The notes: generated from the sequence alone by a model not told the origin. Positions 28,111 through 39,361 are shown, numbered from the stretch's first letter. The stretch: 64,000 bases of DNA from Eubacteriales bacterium (GCA_031554055.1 JAVBKL010000056.1:645-64644); one strand, 5' to 3'. Numbers and translations are program-made.

Positions 28111-30354
28111 ATGGGTTTTATTAAAAACATGAAGATCAGTGCAAAACTGATTCTTCTATCCGCAATCGCTTTAATTCTTATGGTAGTTATGTTGTTCGTT
28201 GCAGTAAACGGTTTTAACGAGCTTGAAGAACTTGATAACTACAAGTACGACACAATCATTGTCCCCACAGCAAAAGTAATTGATATCTCACTTTCACTGG
28301 AAACAATTGGCAAACGTCTACGTGATCTTGCTCTTGCAACAAGTATGGAAGAAAATCAAAAATACAAGCAAATGATTGACGATGCATTTCCTCTTTTAAA
28401 GAAAGCTATTGATGAGTATTCGGCTATCCTAAAAGAACATAACGTAACATCTGGAGATGAATATAATTATCTTAAAGCAATCTCAGATAGTTATGTTCCT
28501 TATAAAGATGCAGTCGATCGTGCCATTGCTCTCGGTATGAACAACGAGACTGCTGGTGTTATCGAGATAATAAAAAAGGAAACCAGTGTTACTGCAGGTA
28601 TTCTTGTTGACAATCTTCATAAAATAGCTGCTCTCAATGTTCAGCAAGCGAGAATTGCTACAGACCAAGCAACTGCTGCTAAAAACATGGCTCTTCTTCA
28701 AATGGGCGCTGCTATTGTTGTTGCTGCGATTTTACTGATTGGTTTTGCAATTATTGTTATCAACGCAATCACAAAACCTGTAAACCAAATGGTTTCTGTT
28801 GCAAACAATGTTGCCAAGGGTAACTTGAATGTGAATGTTTCTGTGGATTCAAAAGATGAGATGGGCATTCTCGGCGGCGAATTTTTAACTTTGATTACTA
28901 CGCTCCGCACGTTGATTGATGACTTGGCGCATGTTACAAAAGAGCATGGCGAAAAAGGCAACACAGAAGCGACTATTGATGTGAATAAATATCAAGGTGC
29001 CTACAAAGAACTTGCTACTGGTTTAAATACAATGCTTGGCGATTATGTTGGTATGTCAACAGACATCTTAAATTGTGTAAACCAATTTGGCGAAGGCAAC
29101 TTTGATTCCGATATTAAGAAATACCCAGGCAAAAAACAATTTGCAAACCAAAGTATCGACGCTTTACGTGTAAACATGAAAGCAGTTGGTTCTGATATTC
29201 AAGGTCTGATTAATGCGGCATCTGATGGAAAATTGTCACACAGAGCAGATGATACAAAATATAAAGGCACTTGGAATGGTATTGTTTCTGGCTTAAATAC
29301 ACTCATGAAAACAATTGCTGAACCAATTATGGAGTCTGCTGATGTTATGGGCAAATTGGCAAAAGGCGATTTCTCTGACAATGTACGTGGCAATTACAAA
29401 GGCGATTTTGCTTTGATTAAAAATTCATTAAATACCACAGTTGAGAACATGGCAAGTTACATCAAAGAAATCGCTGACGTACTTGACAAACTTGCTCATA
29501 ACGACTTTAACCAAGAGATTAAACGCCCATATGTTGGTGAATTTGCAAACATCAGAACAGCGGTTAACGCCATCATTGATAAGATGAACCAAGTACTTCG
29601 TGATATTCAATCTGCTGCTGAACAAGTAACAGTTGGTGCAAAACAACTTTCTGAAAGCAGTATGACGCTTGCACAAGGTGCAACTGAACAAGCAAGCTCT
29701 GTTGAAGAACTTAACGCAACCATTGACACAATCAACGAACAAACACAAAGAAACGCAAGCAAAGCAGAAAATGCAAACAATTTATCTGTTTCCTCTATGT
29801 CCAATGCGACTAAGGGCAATGCAGAAATGCAAATGATGCTTAAATCCATGGAAGGAATCAAAAATTCCTCCGCTAATATCTCAAAAATCATTAAAGTTAT
29901 TGAAGATATTGCGTTCCAAACAAACCTTCTTGCACTTAACGCAGCCGTTGAGGCGGCTCGTGCTGGTGAGCACGGAAAAGGTTTTGCCGTTGTAGCAGAA
30001 GAAGTAAGAAGCCTTGCGGCAAGAAGCCAAAAAGCGGCTCAAGAAACAACCGAGCTTATTGAAAACTCAATCAACCAAGTAAACGATGGTACAAAAATTG
30101 CAACAGTTACAGCTAACGCACTTGAAACAATCGTTGCAGACGTTAAAGAAGTTTCTGGCATCATCAGCGAAATCTCTGAAGCTTCAAAAGAACAAGCAGC
30201 GTCCATCGCCCAAGTTAGCATTGGCCTTGGTCAAATTTCTCAAGTTGTTCAAAGCAACTCCGCAACTTCCGAAGAAGCGGCTTCCGCATCAGAAGAAATG
30301 GCTAGCCAGGCAGAAACACTTGATAGCATGGTAGCGATATTTAAACTTAGATAA
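28111..30354 (+). CDS. Methyl-accepting chemotaxis protein with several HAMP domains
   Basis: Two TMs, HAMP repeats, [34 protein letters not shown]. Confidence 0.95.
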   Translation: MGFIKNMKISAKLILLSAIALILMVVMLFVAVNGFNELEELDNYKYDTIIVPTAKVIDISLSLETIGKRLRDLALATSMEENQKYKQMIDDAFPLLKKAIDEYSAILKEHNVTSGDEYNYLKAISDSYVPYKDAVDRAIALGMNNETAGVIEIIKKETSVTAGILVDNLHKIAALNVQQARIATDQATAAKNMALLQMGAAIVVAAILLIGFAIIVINAITKPVNQMVSVANNVAKGNLNVNVSVDSKDEMGILGGEFLTLITTLRTLIDDLAHVTKEHGEKGNTEATIDVNKYQGAYKELATGLNTMLGDYVGMSTDILNCVNQFGEGNFDSDIKKYPGKKQFANQSIDALRVNMKAVGSDIQGLINAASDGKLSHRADDTKYKGTWNGIVSGLNTLMKTIAEPIMESADVMGKLAKGDFSDNVRGNYKGDFALIKNSLNTTVENMASYIKEIADVLDKLAHNDFNQEIKRPYVGEFANIRTAVNAIIDKMNQVLRDIQSAAEQVTVGAKQLSESSMTLAQGATEQASSVEELNATIDTINEQTQRNASKAENANNLSVSSMSNATKGNAEMQMMLKSMEGIKNSSANISKIIKVIEDIAFQTNLLALNAAVEAARAGEHGKGFAVVAEEVRSLAARSQKAAQETTELIENSINQVNDGTKIATVTANALETIVADVKEVSGIISEISEASKEQAASIAQVSIGLGQISQVVQSNSATSEEAASASEEMASQAETLDSMVAIFKLR

Positions 30355-30360
30355 TATATA

Positions 30361-30400
30361 AAAAAGTGAAGTTGCTCAAATGAGCCGCTTCACTTTTTTT
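30361..30400. terminator. Bidirectional terminator
   Basis: AAAAAGTGAAG...CTTCACTTTTTTT between convergent genes. Confidence 0.7.
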
Positions 30401-30981
30401 GTTGGGTACACATACAAGCCATGTGCCGTGCAGTATAAATATAAATCTCCATGACCGATATGCGGCAGACGAGTTGCCGCTGTCTGCTCTGGGTATAGTC
30501 TGTTTAACACCACTTGGTCGCTTTTGGCAAATGCCACAAACGCAATGAAATGTTCTTTTTCCATCTCATGTTTAAAAGTGATATAAAAATCCGTATCCAT
30601 TTTTTCGGTGGTTACTTCCATATCAAGGGGCATCTCCTGTGGCACTTGCGGCTGTAGCGTTCTGCTGCAACAAGTGATGCTTGCTTTGCCAGTGGAAATT
30701 AAAATGTTTCGGCAAATCGGGCAAACATAAAACTTTACTTTGTCAATCTTGCCCACATTCACTCTATTTTGTTCCAGTTCGCCTTCAAGAATTTTAAGAA
30801 TGTCTGCACCCAAAAACTCCGACAACTCGTGCCACAAAGAAACATCGGGGCAACCCAGTCCACATTCCCACTTGGATACCGTCTTGTTGCTAATCCGCAG
30901 CACATCGGCGACTTGCTGTTGCGTAAGCCCACGCTCTTTTCTAAGTTGCAAAATCACTTGCCCAACTTTTGTGCAATCCAT
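30376..30981 (-). CDS. XRE-family HTH regulator with desulfoferrodoxin-like C-terminal domain
   Basis: LTQQQVAD...TVSKWECG HTH; FYVCPICRN, ITCC, HEMEKEHFI, LYPEQ, YCTAHGL. Confidence 0.85.
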   Translation of the reverse strand: MDCTKVGQVILQLRKERGLTQQQVADVLRISNKTVSKWECGLGCPDVSLWHELSEFLGADILKILEGELEQNRVNVGKIDKVKFYVCPICRNILISTGKASITCCSRTLQPQVPQEMPLDMEVTTEKMDTDFYITFKHEMEKEHFIAFVAFAKSDQVVLNRLYPEQTAATRLPHIGHGDLYLYCTAHGLYVYPTKKVKRLI

Positions 30982-30995
30982 AAAATCCCCAGCCT

Positions 30996-33053
30996 TTATA
31001 ACATATATTTGGCGATAACCGAAACAAGCCGTTGTGGCAAGCTTTCGAGGTTCGAAATATCAATGAAGCGTTCATTGCCGTATATCTGCTCAATTTCTTG
31101 TTTGTCTTGCCCAATCGCCGCCGCAAGATAAACAATCCCTTTTCGTGAAAATTCGTTCATGGTACTTTGCATATCAAGAGCCGCTTTTGCCCCCGAATAA
31201 TCTGGCAGTGCCGTGGGTTTTCCATCACTTATGCTGATTAAAAGTTTTGTGGTTGCATCTGATTGTAAAAGCTTCTGGCTCAAAATCCTAAGTGCCATTC
31301 CGTCACGGTTGTTGCTTCTGCCAGAAATCCCCATTAAGCAAAACTTGTCATCCTTTTCACTATGCTCAAAATCAATGTAGGAGAACAGGGACATTTGCTC
31401 CCATTTTGACCGATCCGCCGTGTCTCCATAAATAACAATCGGAATATTTAGCTGTTGGCAAAATTCATACACGGCAACTGCCGCTCGTTTTGCCGCTTCG
31501 GTTCGACCAAACGCCGCCATGGATGCGGATTCGTCAATTCTAAGCCCGACGGCAAGAGTAGGCTTTTCACTCGGTGGTTGCTTGTTTGCAAAATATTTTA
31601 AATCCGATGCCGCCAAATTTTCCGCTTTAAACTTTGTTCCAAAGGTTTTTGCACTCGAAAATCCTTCGGACTGTTCATGTTCCAAAATGGATTTTATTTT
31701 ACGTACCATTTCAGTGATGATAGGATTAACGTCGCTAAAAATCAAGTTGTATTCTTCTTTATAGGTGGTTTGACTTTCTGGTCTGTGAACAATGAGCTTT
31801 GTTTTTTCGTGCGTCGAATCTTTTAAGGCTTCCCTTGCCTCTTGGTTTAGTTTTTTTCTAAGCTCTGACTTTTTCTCTTGAAGACTCTTTTGTTTTTCCA
31901 ACTCATGATAGGTGGGCGTTCCGTTTTCATCAGCTTCTGAACTTTCGGAAATGGTTGTTTCGTCATTTTCTTTTTCAGTTACTTCTGATGAACTGCCTTC
32001 ACTGTCCGCAGATTTTCTTAGCCGTATCGCATTCTGGTTGTCTAGCACTTCCTCACTTGCACCCTCAAAATTTCCGTCAGCACGAATTTCCATTACGATG
32101 CCGTCATTTTTATTTTCGGCTTTTACATGAAGTGCATTGAGCTTTTTAAAAATGTCTTGTGCGTTTAGTGCGTTTTCAAGAATTAATATTTCGCCCTTGT
32201 CCGTCGTTATTTTATAAATCACTTTGTGGTACATGGCTTCTGTTATGTCGGCACCACGACTCACGGCATCCACCCAGAACAAATAGGAACGCATGCCAGA
32301 AACACCCTTAATCGAGTTTGCTTTTGCGGTCTTATCCAGCAAAATAATTGTTTCTGCCAGTAGTGCCAGCACTTGAAAATCTCTGTACCCTGTTTTAGAA
32401 ATTGCTCGCTCCATCATGACCCCTGTCGTCGGCAAATCCATTTTTTCTGTATGCTGCACCCGATCCCGAAGCGATTCGTTGAGTGGGCGGCAACCGTTGT
32501 ATCCCCTGTTTGTTGTAATCACCGCAATAAAATCGGGGTGGCGTTTGATTATGCCTGTCGGTAAATTGATGGTTCCATCTGGCTCAAGTGCCGAGTTTAA
32601 AGACATAAGTACCGCCGCATCTCTAATCACGGTGGGCTCTTGAATTTCGAGAAACCAACCGTTTTCAAACGCACGCACAATCTCCGAAGGATAAAATTTG
32701 TAGGCAACTGCTTTTGAAGCTGCTTCTTTATTTTCGCTTTCTTCGGATATAATTGGCAGTATCGAGCCGATTATATCCGATTTATCCATGTCCGCAAAGC
32801 AAGTGATTTTTGTATACGGCAGACCAAGTTCCGCTGAAAGACACTTCGCAAGTTCAGTCTTTCCAGATCCGGCGTCGCCCTCAAGCAGTATGTTGTTAAT
32901 CCGCATTTCTCTGTTGTTCCAATTGCGTTTTATTTCGTGCAAAACCCTACGTTCTTCTTTGCTTTCAATATGTGAACTTGGCTTTTTATAAACCAAGGAC
33001 TTCTCAATTTCTGTCAACTCCCGACCCTGCGACAGAACAAATTTGCCTTCCAT
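30996..33053 (-). CDS. AAA+ ATPase (MoxR/CbbQ/CobS-like) fused to a vWA domain
   Basis: GDAGSGKT Walker A, IQEP, NRGYNG...LNESLRDR; vWA MIDAS DESASM, NRDG, ISDGKP. Likely start is ATG 33053. Confidence 0.88.
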   Translation of the reverse strand: MEGKFVLSQGRELTEIEKSLVYKKPSSHIESKEERRVLHEIKRNWNNREMRINNILLEGDAGSGKTELAKCLSAELGLPYTKITCFADMDKSDIIGSILPIISEESENKEAASKAVAYKFYPSEIVRAFENGWFLEIQEPTVIRDAAVLMSLNSALEPDGTINLPTGIIKRHPDFIAVITTNRGYNGCRPLNESLRDRVQHTEKMDLPTTGVMMERAISKTGYRDFQVLALLAETIILLDKTAKANSIKGVSGMRSYLFWVDAVSRGADITEAMYHKVIYKITTDKGEILILENALNAQDIFKKLNALHVKAENKNDGIVMEIRADGNFEGASEEVLDNQNAIRLRKSADSEGSSSEVTEKENDETTISESSEADENGTPTYHELEKQKSLQEKKSELRKKLNQEAREALKDSTHEKTKLIVHRPESQTTYKEEYNLIFSDVNPIITEMVRKIKSILEHEQSEGFSSAKTFGTKFKAENLAASDLKYFANKQPPSEKPTLAVGLRIDESASMAAFGRTEAAKRAAVAVYEFCQQLNIPIVIYGDTADRSKWEQMSLFSYIDFEHSEKDDKFCLMGISGRSNNRDGMALRILSQKLLQSDATTKLLISISDGKPTALPDYSGAKAALDMQSTMNEFSRKGIVYLAAAIGQDKQEIEQIYGNERFIDISNLESLPQRLVSVIAKYML

Positions 33054-33054
33054 T

Positions 33055-33516
33055 TTAATGCCCCATTTCCTCCAATATTTTCTCAAGCACCCTAAATCTT
33101 TCGCCCAAAATCTCACCCACATCGTTGATCGACTGCGAAAACTTTTGTATATCCTCGTTTATGCTTTCGTTGTCTGTGCAAATTTCCACAGGCATCACGC
33201 CGCCTTGCACGCCAATTCTGTCAATGCTTGTTTTTTTTGGATCGTAAAGCAGTGGGTAACGATACGCTTCTTGAAAATGCAGCAGTGTTCGGCTTAATAA
33301 AATCATTAAGTCCATCACTTGATGCACTGGCAATTCTTGTGCGATTTCAAGCTCGTTTTGCTCGTTTTCTTTCCAAATTTGCATCGCTAGTTTCATTTTT
33401 TTATTTTCTTCTTGCGTAGGCTCTCCCATTGTGATGCGTTTGATGCTCGAACTGTATGCATTTCTTCCGTCAATGCGGTCATAGTTGTTTGAAACAATTA
33501 CTGTTTTCTCGTTCAT
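33055..33516 (-). CDS. Conserved hypothetical protein (DUF6530-like)
   Basis: NYDRIDGRNA and ELPVHQVMDL; 1 nt from the next gene. Family assignment is from recall only. Confidence 0.65.
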   Translation of the reverse strand: MNEKTVIVSNNYDRIDGRNAYSSSIKRITMGEPTQEENKKMKLAMQIWKENEQNELEIAQELPVHQVMDLMILLSRTLLHFQEAYRYPLLYDPKKTSIDRIGVQGGVMPVEICTDNESINEDIQKFSQSINDVGEILGERFRVLEKILEEMGH

Positions 33517-33680
33517 GCAAATCCTCTTTTCTAATTTTGTTTGTGTTGTCTCATGAACATAGTATAGCTCAAAAGAAATAAAAAACAATCCATGCTCCGT
33601 AGAGTTTGCAGTGGATTGTTTTCAGGTTTCAAAATTTATGGTACAATAGTTGTACATTTAAAAATAGAAAGGTGAGTTTT

Positions 33681-34091
33681 ATGAACACAAGTTTAGTTGT
33701 TAATTTTAATGGACAAGGGCAAGAAGCAATCAAAATGTACACCGAGATTTTTGGCTTGGAACAACCAGAGATTCTCACTTACGCAAGCTTTCCAAAGGAT
33801 CCAAACTTCCCCATTTCGGAAGAAGAAGAAAGCTACGTTGTTGCGTCAACTTTAAAAATCGGCAACCTCGAAGTTTTAATACAAGACTTGGTTAAGTCCA
33901 TGCAATATCCATTTGCAAGCAACGTGACCATTAGCATTGGCACAAGCGAAAAAGAAAACGTAATCAAATGGTTTAACGCCATGGCAGACGGCGGACAAAT
34001 CACTTGCCCTCTGCAGGTAATGCCTTGGAGTCCGTACTATGGTGCTGTGAAAGATAAATTTGGCACATCTTGGCAATTTCAAATGAACTAA
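33681..34091 (+). CDS. VOC/PhnB-family protein
   Basis: FNGQGQEAIKMY; PWSPYYGAVKDKFGTSWQ. Confidence 0.85.
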   Translation: MNTSLVVNFNGQGQEAIKMYTEIFGLEQPEILTYASFPKDPNFPISEEEESYVVASTLKIGNLEVLIQDLVKSMQYPFASNVTISIGTSEKENVIKWFNAMADGGQITCPLQVMPWSPYYGAVKDKFGTSWQFQMN

Positions 34092-34133
34092 AAAAATCCC
34101 ACCTGTCGAGAAAATTGGCAGATGGGATTTTTT
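34091..34133. terminator. Bidirectional terminator
   Basis: AAAAAATCCCA-CCTGTC...GGCAGA-TGGGATTTTT. Confidence 0.7.
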
Positions 34134-35178
34134 ATGCACTTCTATTTCTCCGACCAAACAAAAGCCCCAAACAAATTCCCGCAACAAGCCCCGCAATATG
34201 CCCAACCCAAGAAACATTTGGCATAATAAAACTCATGCCGACACCCATTACCAAAATGATGGTTAAATTATAAAAGTCAAGTTGCTGTCTTGGAACAAAC
34301 AGCGTAATAACGGCTGCTGCACCCATGAGTCCATACGCCGCACCAGATGCACCTGCCGTAACTGCCTCAGGGCCAATGAACACGCAGGCCACACTAGCAG
34401 CAAGCCCTGACACAATATAAATCAACGCAAATTTTACTCCGCCTAGGTACCGTTCCACAATGTTTCCAAAAATATAAAGGCTTAACATATTTGCCGCAAG
34501 ATGCATGAAATCAAAATGAATGAACATGGCACTAAGCAGTCTATAGTATTCACCGTTTCTAATCACAAGATCTGGTACAATTGCCCCCGCTTTCACCATC
34601 CGCAACATGTCATTCGGGTCCAGTAGCAAACCCATTAATGCATATGCAATGCCGTTGATTGCAATAAAAATATACAACATAAAGTTTTTACTTTGCACTG
34701 GTTTTGCCATCGGTATTACTTTGTCTTTTTTTACGGTTTGCTCAAGTGTTTTGGCAAGTCCGCCCACTTCACTCGGCTGGTCTTTGTTATAATCAATGCT
34801 GCAAGTATCGCCCATGAGTTTCACCGACCAAAACACTTCATACAGCTTTTGGTTTGAAAACATTTCGCCACGGCTTAAAATTTGTTTGGCCTCGGCGTTT
34901 GTGTTTTCGGGATCGCTATTGCTAAACATGATGAACACGGCAATTGCACTTTTTATGTCAGCGTTTTCTGCTGAAGCTTTGAGCTGTGCCCCATAACCTT
35001 CCACAAACTCACAGAGTTCTCCTTCCTTAAAAAACTCGCAGTTTATTAAAATCGCAATATTTACAACCGCCCCTTGCATATTGTGCAGCTCCGTAAACTT
35101 TTCTGTGCCGTTTCGTGTTTGCAAAAATCCCAAATTTAAAAGTCTTTGTTTGTATTCGCCAATAAATTCTGTTGTCAC
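34132..35178 (-). CDS. Rhomboid-family intramembrane serine protease
   Basis: YYRLLSAMFIH, HLAANM, GASG (catalytic Ser), GHIAG (catalytic His). Confidence 0.92.
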   Translation of the reverse strand: MTTEFIGEYKQRLLNLGFLQTRNGTEKFTELHNMQGAVVNIAILINCEFFKEGELCEFVEGYGAQLKASAENADIKSAIAVFIMFSNSDPENTNAEAKQILSRGEMFSNQKLYEVFWSVKLMGDTCSIDYNKDQPSEVGGLAKTLEQTVKKDKVIPMAKPVQSKNFMLYIFIAINGIAYALMGLLLDPNDMLRMVKAGAIVPDLVIRNGEYYRLLSAMFIHFDFMHLAANMLSLYIFGNIVERYLGGVKFALIYIVSGLAASVACVFIGPEAVTAGASGAAYGLMGAAAVITLFVPRQQLDFYNLTIILVMGVGMSFIMPNVSWVGHIAGLVAGICLGLLFGRRNRSA

Positions 35179-35208
35179 TTTGTACCCTCGTTTCCTATAC
35201 TCAACTTA

Positions 35209-36558
35209 TTATTTAAAAGTCACGGTTAATGTGTTCTTGCTCTCGCTCGGTTTTGAATATGAGATTCCGTTTGCTCCAAGCGAAAATAAAAATTTTAGTT
35301 CATCCGCCCAGTTATAGCTTTTCAGTTCTTCGTTTAGCAAAATCGTTATCTCGCTCTTTCCTTCTACATACGCTTTTTTAATAATTTCGACTGCTTGTTC
35401 ATATGTTTCTGGTGCAATTCTACTGTACACAAAATAATTATATTCTCGTGCATTTGCCTTGGGGTACTTCTCCTTGTCTTTCCAATCATGCTGTTTAATC
35501 TTAACCATTTCCGCATCGGTTAAATTAAAAAAATCATATTGAACTTCCTCTGGGCGGTCAGGAACAGGGTCGTCCCAAGTCACGTCCAAATGATAATATC
35601 CCTCACCAATTTTGACAAGGTTCCAAGAATGTGTATCGCTGTGCAGTTCATAATTTTCGATGCCCTCAAGTGTCAAAAGAATGGACGCCGCCCCAGAGTA
35701 CCCCGAACACACCGCCGTTTTATTAAACAACGCCCCATATGCCGTATATGAATCTTTATTGCCACCAATCGGATTATTTAGCGTTTCCTCATCATATACT
35801 AAATTTAACACCAAGTAATCATGAATCGCTTTCTCTTTTTCGTAATCCGTCATACCTTTTTTAATGATTTCGCTTATGATGCTCTCGCATTTTTCAAATA
35901 ACATGAGTTGGCTCTCGTTTAGTTTACTTTTTAAGTTTGGATTTTTAATACTCTGGTTGATTGCGTGAGCATCTGTATATTGTATTTTCCAAACCAGCTC
36001 CAATGTTTTATCATCTTTGGTTCCGCTGTATTCCCATTTTTTTACGCCACCAAAATCATTGATTGCAAACACCGATGCAATGTCAAGTTTTGGATTATTG
36101 ATTGTCATGTCATACGTTGGCTCGATATTGTCAACCGCTGTTTGCAGTGCAGACTTTAAAGCTTGGATGTCCACTTGGGTTAGAATTTTTACCGTTTTTG
36201 CTGCATCGTCCCATTCTGTCTTTGCACCAAAGCAGTCCGCCGCAAATCTCGCTGGCATATACGTTCTATTATTTATAATCTTTGCAGGAACATCCAGCGT
36301 TACATCCTTGCCATTTACTTTTGCAATCAATTCGTCAATTGTAATTTCAATTGTTGCTTCACTATTTGTAATAGTTACCAAACGGCTACTTTCGTCCCAT
36401 TTAACCGAACCGCCGAGTTTTCTAAACAACTCCGCAACAGGAACAAGCACTCTGCCCTCCACATTGACTACAGGTACATCGGACTCAACTGGTTTTCCAT
36501 CGACCAACACACTATATTCTGCTCCAAAAGCAGAAATCGCAGTCGTGCACATGCACAA
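35209..36558 (-). CDS. Secreted stalk-domain + transglutaminase-like protein
   Basis: Copper amine oxidase N-terminal repeats; triad VCSGY, HSWNLV, DVTWDDP. True start may be ATT at 36600. Confidence 0.85.
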   Translation of the reverse strand: MCMCTTAISAFGAEYSVLVDGKPVESDVPVVNVEGRVLVPVAELFRKLGGSVKWDESSRLVTITNSEATIEITIDELIAKVNGKDVTLDVPAKIINNRTYMPARFAADCFGAKTEWDDAAKTVKILTQVDIQALKSALQTAVDNIEPTYDMTINNPKLDIASVFAINDFGGVKKWEYSGTKDDKTLELVWKIQYTDAHAINQSIKNPNLKSKLNESQLMLFEKCESIISEIIKKGMTDYEKEKAIHDYLVLNLVYDEETLNNPIGGNKDSYTAYGALFNKTAVCSGYSGAASILLTLEGIENYELHSDTHSWNLVKIGEGYYHLDVTWDDPVPDRPEEVQYDFFNLTDAEMVKIKQHDWKDKEKYPKANAREYNYFVYSRIAPETYEQAVEIIKKAYVEGKSEITILLNEELKSYNWADELKFLFSLGANGISYSKPSESKNTLTVTFK

Positions 36559-36762
36559 AGTGAAAATGATAAAAACTATTATTTTCTTAAACGAGAAAAT
36601 AAACCCACCCCATTATAATGTTTTCTAGCAAACATTATAACATACTCACTGACTAAATTGTAATGATTATAAAATTTCTACTTGTAAATTTTTGAAATCA
36701 TGTTAAAATATATATTAATCGAAGTTTAGTGTTATCAAAAAATTTTTATAGGCGGTGTCCAC

Positions 36763-37674
36763 ATGAGGTTACTCACTCGTTCAGATTTTGACGGTTTAGC
36801 TTGCGGTGCGCTCTTAAAAGAGTGTAACGTTATTGATTCTTGGAAATTTATCCATCCAAAAGATATGCAGGATGGTCTGATTGAAGTTACTGAAAATGAT
36901 GTTTTGGCAAACGTACCTTATGTTAGAGGTTGTAAAATGTGGTTTGACCACCACTCAAGCGAAACAACAAGACTTGGCGAGCATAGTTTTGAAGGCGAGA
37001 GCCGTCTTGCACCTAGTGCTGCCAGAGTTATTTATGAATATTACGGCGGGCGTGATGCTTTGCCGCATTTAGAAGAAATGGTGAATGCCACCGATAAAGT
37101 TGATTCTGCTAATCTTACTGTTGATGAAGTTTTAAATCCTGTTGGTTGGATTCTCTTAGGATTCATTATGGATCCAAGAACTGGTCTTGGAAGATTTAGA
37201 AACTTTAAAATCAGCAACTACGAGCTTATGGAACTTCTCATGGACGCTTGCCGTACCATGACTATTGAACAAATTTTGGATCTTGACGATGTGAAAGAGC
37301 GTTCAGAAGTTTACTTTGAGCAAAACGAATTGTTTAAAGATATGATTTCTAAACATACTCGTGTGGATGCCAATGTAATTATTACAGACCTACGTGGTGT
37401 TGAGCCAATTTATACAGGAAACAGATTTTTGATCTACAGCCTTTTCCCAGAGCAAAACATTTCGCTTTGGATTGTTGACGGACGTGCAAAAGTAAATTGT
37501 CCAATCGCTGTTGGTCATAGCGTTTTAAACAGAACTTCCAATACTGATGTTGGTTCGCTCATGTTAAAACACGGCGGCGGCGGTCACAGACAAGTTGGCA
37601 CTTGCCAAGTTCCTTATGATGAAGCTGATACAATCATTGCAGAAATTATTACCAAGTGCAAAATTGATGGATAG
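36763..37674 (+). CDS. DHH-family phosphoesterase (NrnB/exopolyphosphatase-like)
   Basis: TRSDFDGL, FDHH, GGGGH. Confidence 0.85.
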   Translation: MRLLTRSDFDGLACGALLKECNVIDSWKFIHPKDMQDGLIEVTENDVLANVPYVRGCKMWFDHHSSETTRLGEHSFEGESRLAPSAARVIYEYYGGRDALPHLEEMVNATDKVDSANLTVDEVLNPVGWILLGFIMDPRTGLGRFRNFKISNYELMELLMDACRTMTIEQILDLDDVKERSEVYFEQNELFKDMISKHTRVDANVIITDLRGVEPIYTGNRFLIYSLFPEQNISLWIVDGRAKVNCPIAVGHSVLNRTSNTDVGSLMLKHGGGGHRQVGTCQVPYDEADTIIAEIITKCKIDG

Positions 37675-37681
37675 GATTATT

Positions 37682-37719
37682 GAGAGCATTACAGGATTAT
37701 CCCTGTGGTGCTCTTTTTT
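37682..37719 (+). terminator. Intrinsic terminator
   Basis: GAGAGCATTACAGG...CCTGTGGTGCTCT followed by a T run. Confidence 0.7.
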
Positions 37720-37997
37720 ATTTTCACATTTCTAAATTCAAAGCATAATACGTTTAGAATTTATTTTTACAACAATTAAATTCTAAAATAATGATTTTTC
37801 ATTTTTGTCCTTTTCTGTACACTATTCACAATTTTTTTAATATTTTTATGTATATTAAGTAGAACATATAATATTCTTCAGAAAATTATTGACTTACCTT
37901 TGATAAGCCTGTATATTTAACTTTAGATAAACACGAACATAATTTATCTTTATTAAAGCAAATACAGTCCCATCGTTTTATTAAAAGGAGGATTATT

Positions 37998-39347
37998 ATG
38001 AAGAAATTAGTATCTCTCATGCTTGCAGGTATCATGTGCCTTGGTGCCACTGCTTGTTCAAGTAAACCAAGCACGACTCCACCGGCAGAACCCGGCAAGG
38101 AAGCGCCAGCTCCAGCAGCTCCAGCAGCAGAAGCTCCAAAGGGTGCCTACGAACTTAGCTTTTGGACTTTCCAAGAAATACATAATCAATTTTACCAAGA
38201 TGCAGTTGAAACTTGGAACAAAAAATATCCAGACCGCCCAATCGTTTTAAAGCCAGAAGTTTATTCATATGACGACAACCACAACAAACTTCTTGTTGCA
38301 TTACAATCGGGTACAGGTGCCCCTGATATGGCGGACATCGAAATTAGCCGTTTTGCAAACTACTTAAAGGGTTCCGAGCCAGCACTTGTTCCTCTTAATG
38401 ATGTTGTTGAAAAAGAAATGCCTAACATGGTTAAAGCAAGATTTGATAACTATGCAAAAGACGGCAAGTATTACGGCATCGACTTCCACGTTGGTGCAAC
38501 CGTTCTTTACTACAACACAGACATTATTAAAGCAGCGGGCGTTGACATCGACAGCATCAAAACTTGGAAAGACTATGTTGAAGTAGGCAAAACCGTTCTT
38601 GAGAAAACAGGAAAACCGATGACTGCATACGAAACTACCGAGCACTGGTCGATTTATCCAATGATGAATCAACAAGGCTCCGATGTTTTTGGCAAAGACG
38701 GTTCTGTCACTTTGGATAACGCAATCAACACAAAAACACTGGAGTTTATGCTTGACAATATCAAAAGCGGCATAGCTGTAAAAGCTCCTGGTGGATTCAT
38801 GCACTCCGAAGAATGGTATGCTTACATGAACGAAGGCAATGTTGCTTCTATCATTATGCCAGCTTGGTACATGGGACGTTTCACTGACTACATGCCTGAC
38901 CTCAAAGGCAAAATTACATTACGCCCTCTTCCAATCTTTAACGAAGGCGACAAGAGATCTGCTGGTATGGGCGGAACAGGTACATCCGTTACAAACCAAG
39001 CCAAAGACGTTCAACTTGTAAAAGAATTTTTAGCTTTTGCTAAAACCGACAGAGAACAAAATATTAAAATGTGGACAATGCTCGGCTTTGACCCAATTCG
39101 TTGGGACGTTTGGGATGACCCTGCTATGAAACAACCAAACAAATATACTGATTACTTTGGCGATGGCGTGTTCGATTTATTGTACACACTCAAAGATGAA
39201 TTTAATTCTTTAAATATTACAGAGCAATACCCAGAGGGCATCACTCTCTTACAAAAAACAGTTATGGTAAACGCTCTTGAGAACGAATCCATGACACCAG
39301 CCGAAGCACTTAAAACTGCTGCTGATGAATTACGTGCAAAACAATAA
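37998..39347 (+). CDS. Sugar ABC transporter substrate-binding lipoprotein (AraN-like)
   Basis: Lipobox ATAC, GTGAPDMAD, SAGMGGTG; context with a GH51 gene. Confidence 0.9.
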   Translation: MKKLVSLMLAGIMCLGATACSSKPSTTPPAEPGKEAPAPAAPAAEAPKGAYELSFWTFQEIHNQFYQDAVETWNKKYPDRPIVLKPEVYSYDDNHNKLLVALQSGTGAPDMADIEISRFANYLKGSEPALVPLNDVVEKEMPNMVKARFDNYAKDGKYYGIDFHVGATVLYYNTDIIKAAGVDIDSIKTWKDYVEVGKTVLEKTGKPMTAYETTEHWSIYPMMNQQGSDVFGKDGSVTLDNAINTKTLEFMLDNIKSGIAVKAPGGFMHSEEWYAYMNEGNVASIIMPAWYMGRFTDYMPDLKGKITLRPLPIFNEGDKRSAGMGGTGTSVTNQAKDVQLVKEFLAFAKTDREQNIKMWTMLGFDPIRWDVWDDPAMKQPNKYTDYFGDGVFDLLYTLKDEFNSLNITEQYPEGITLLQKTVMVNALENESMTPAEALKTAADELRAKQ

Positions 39348-39361
39348 GTAAAGTTATACAT

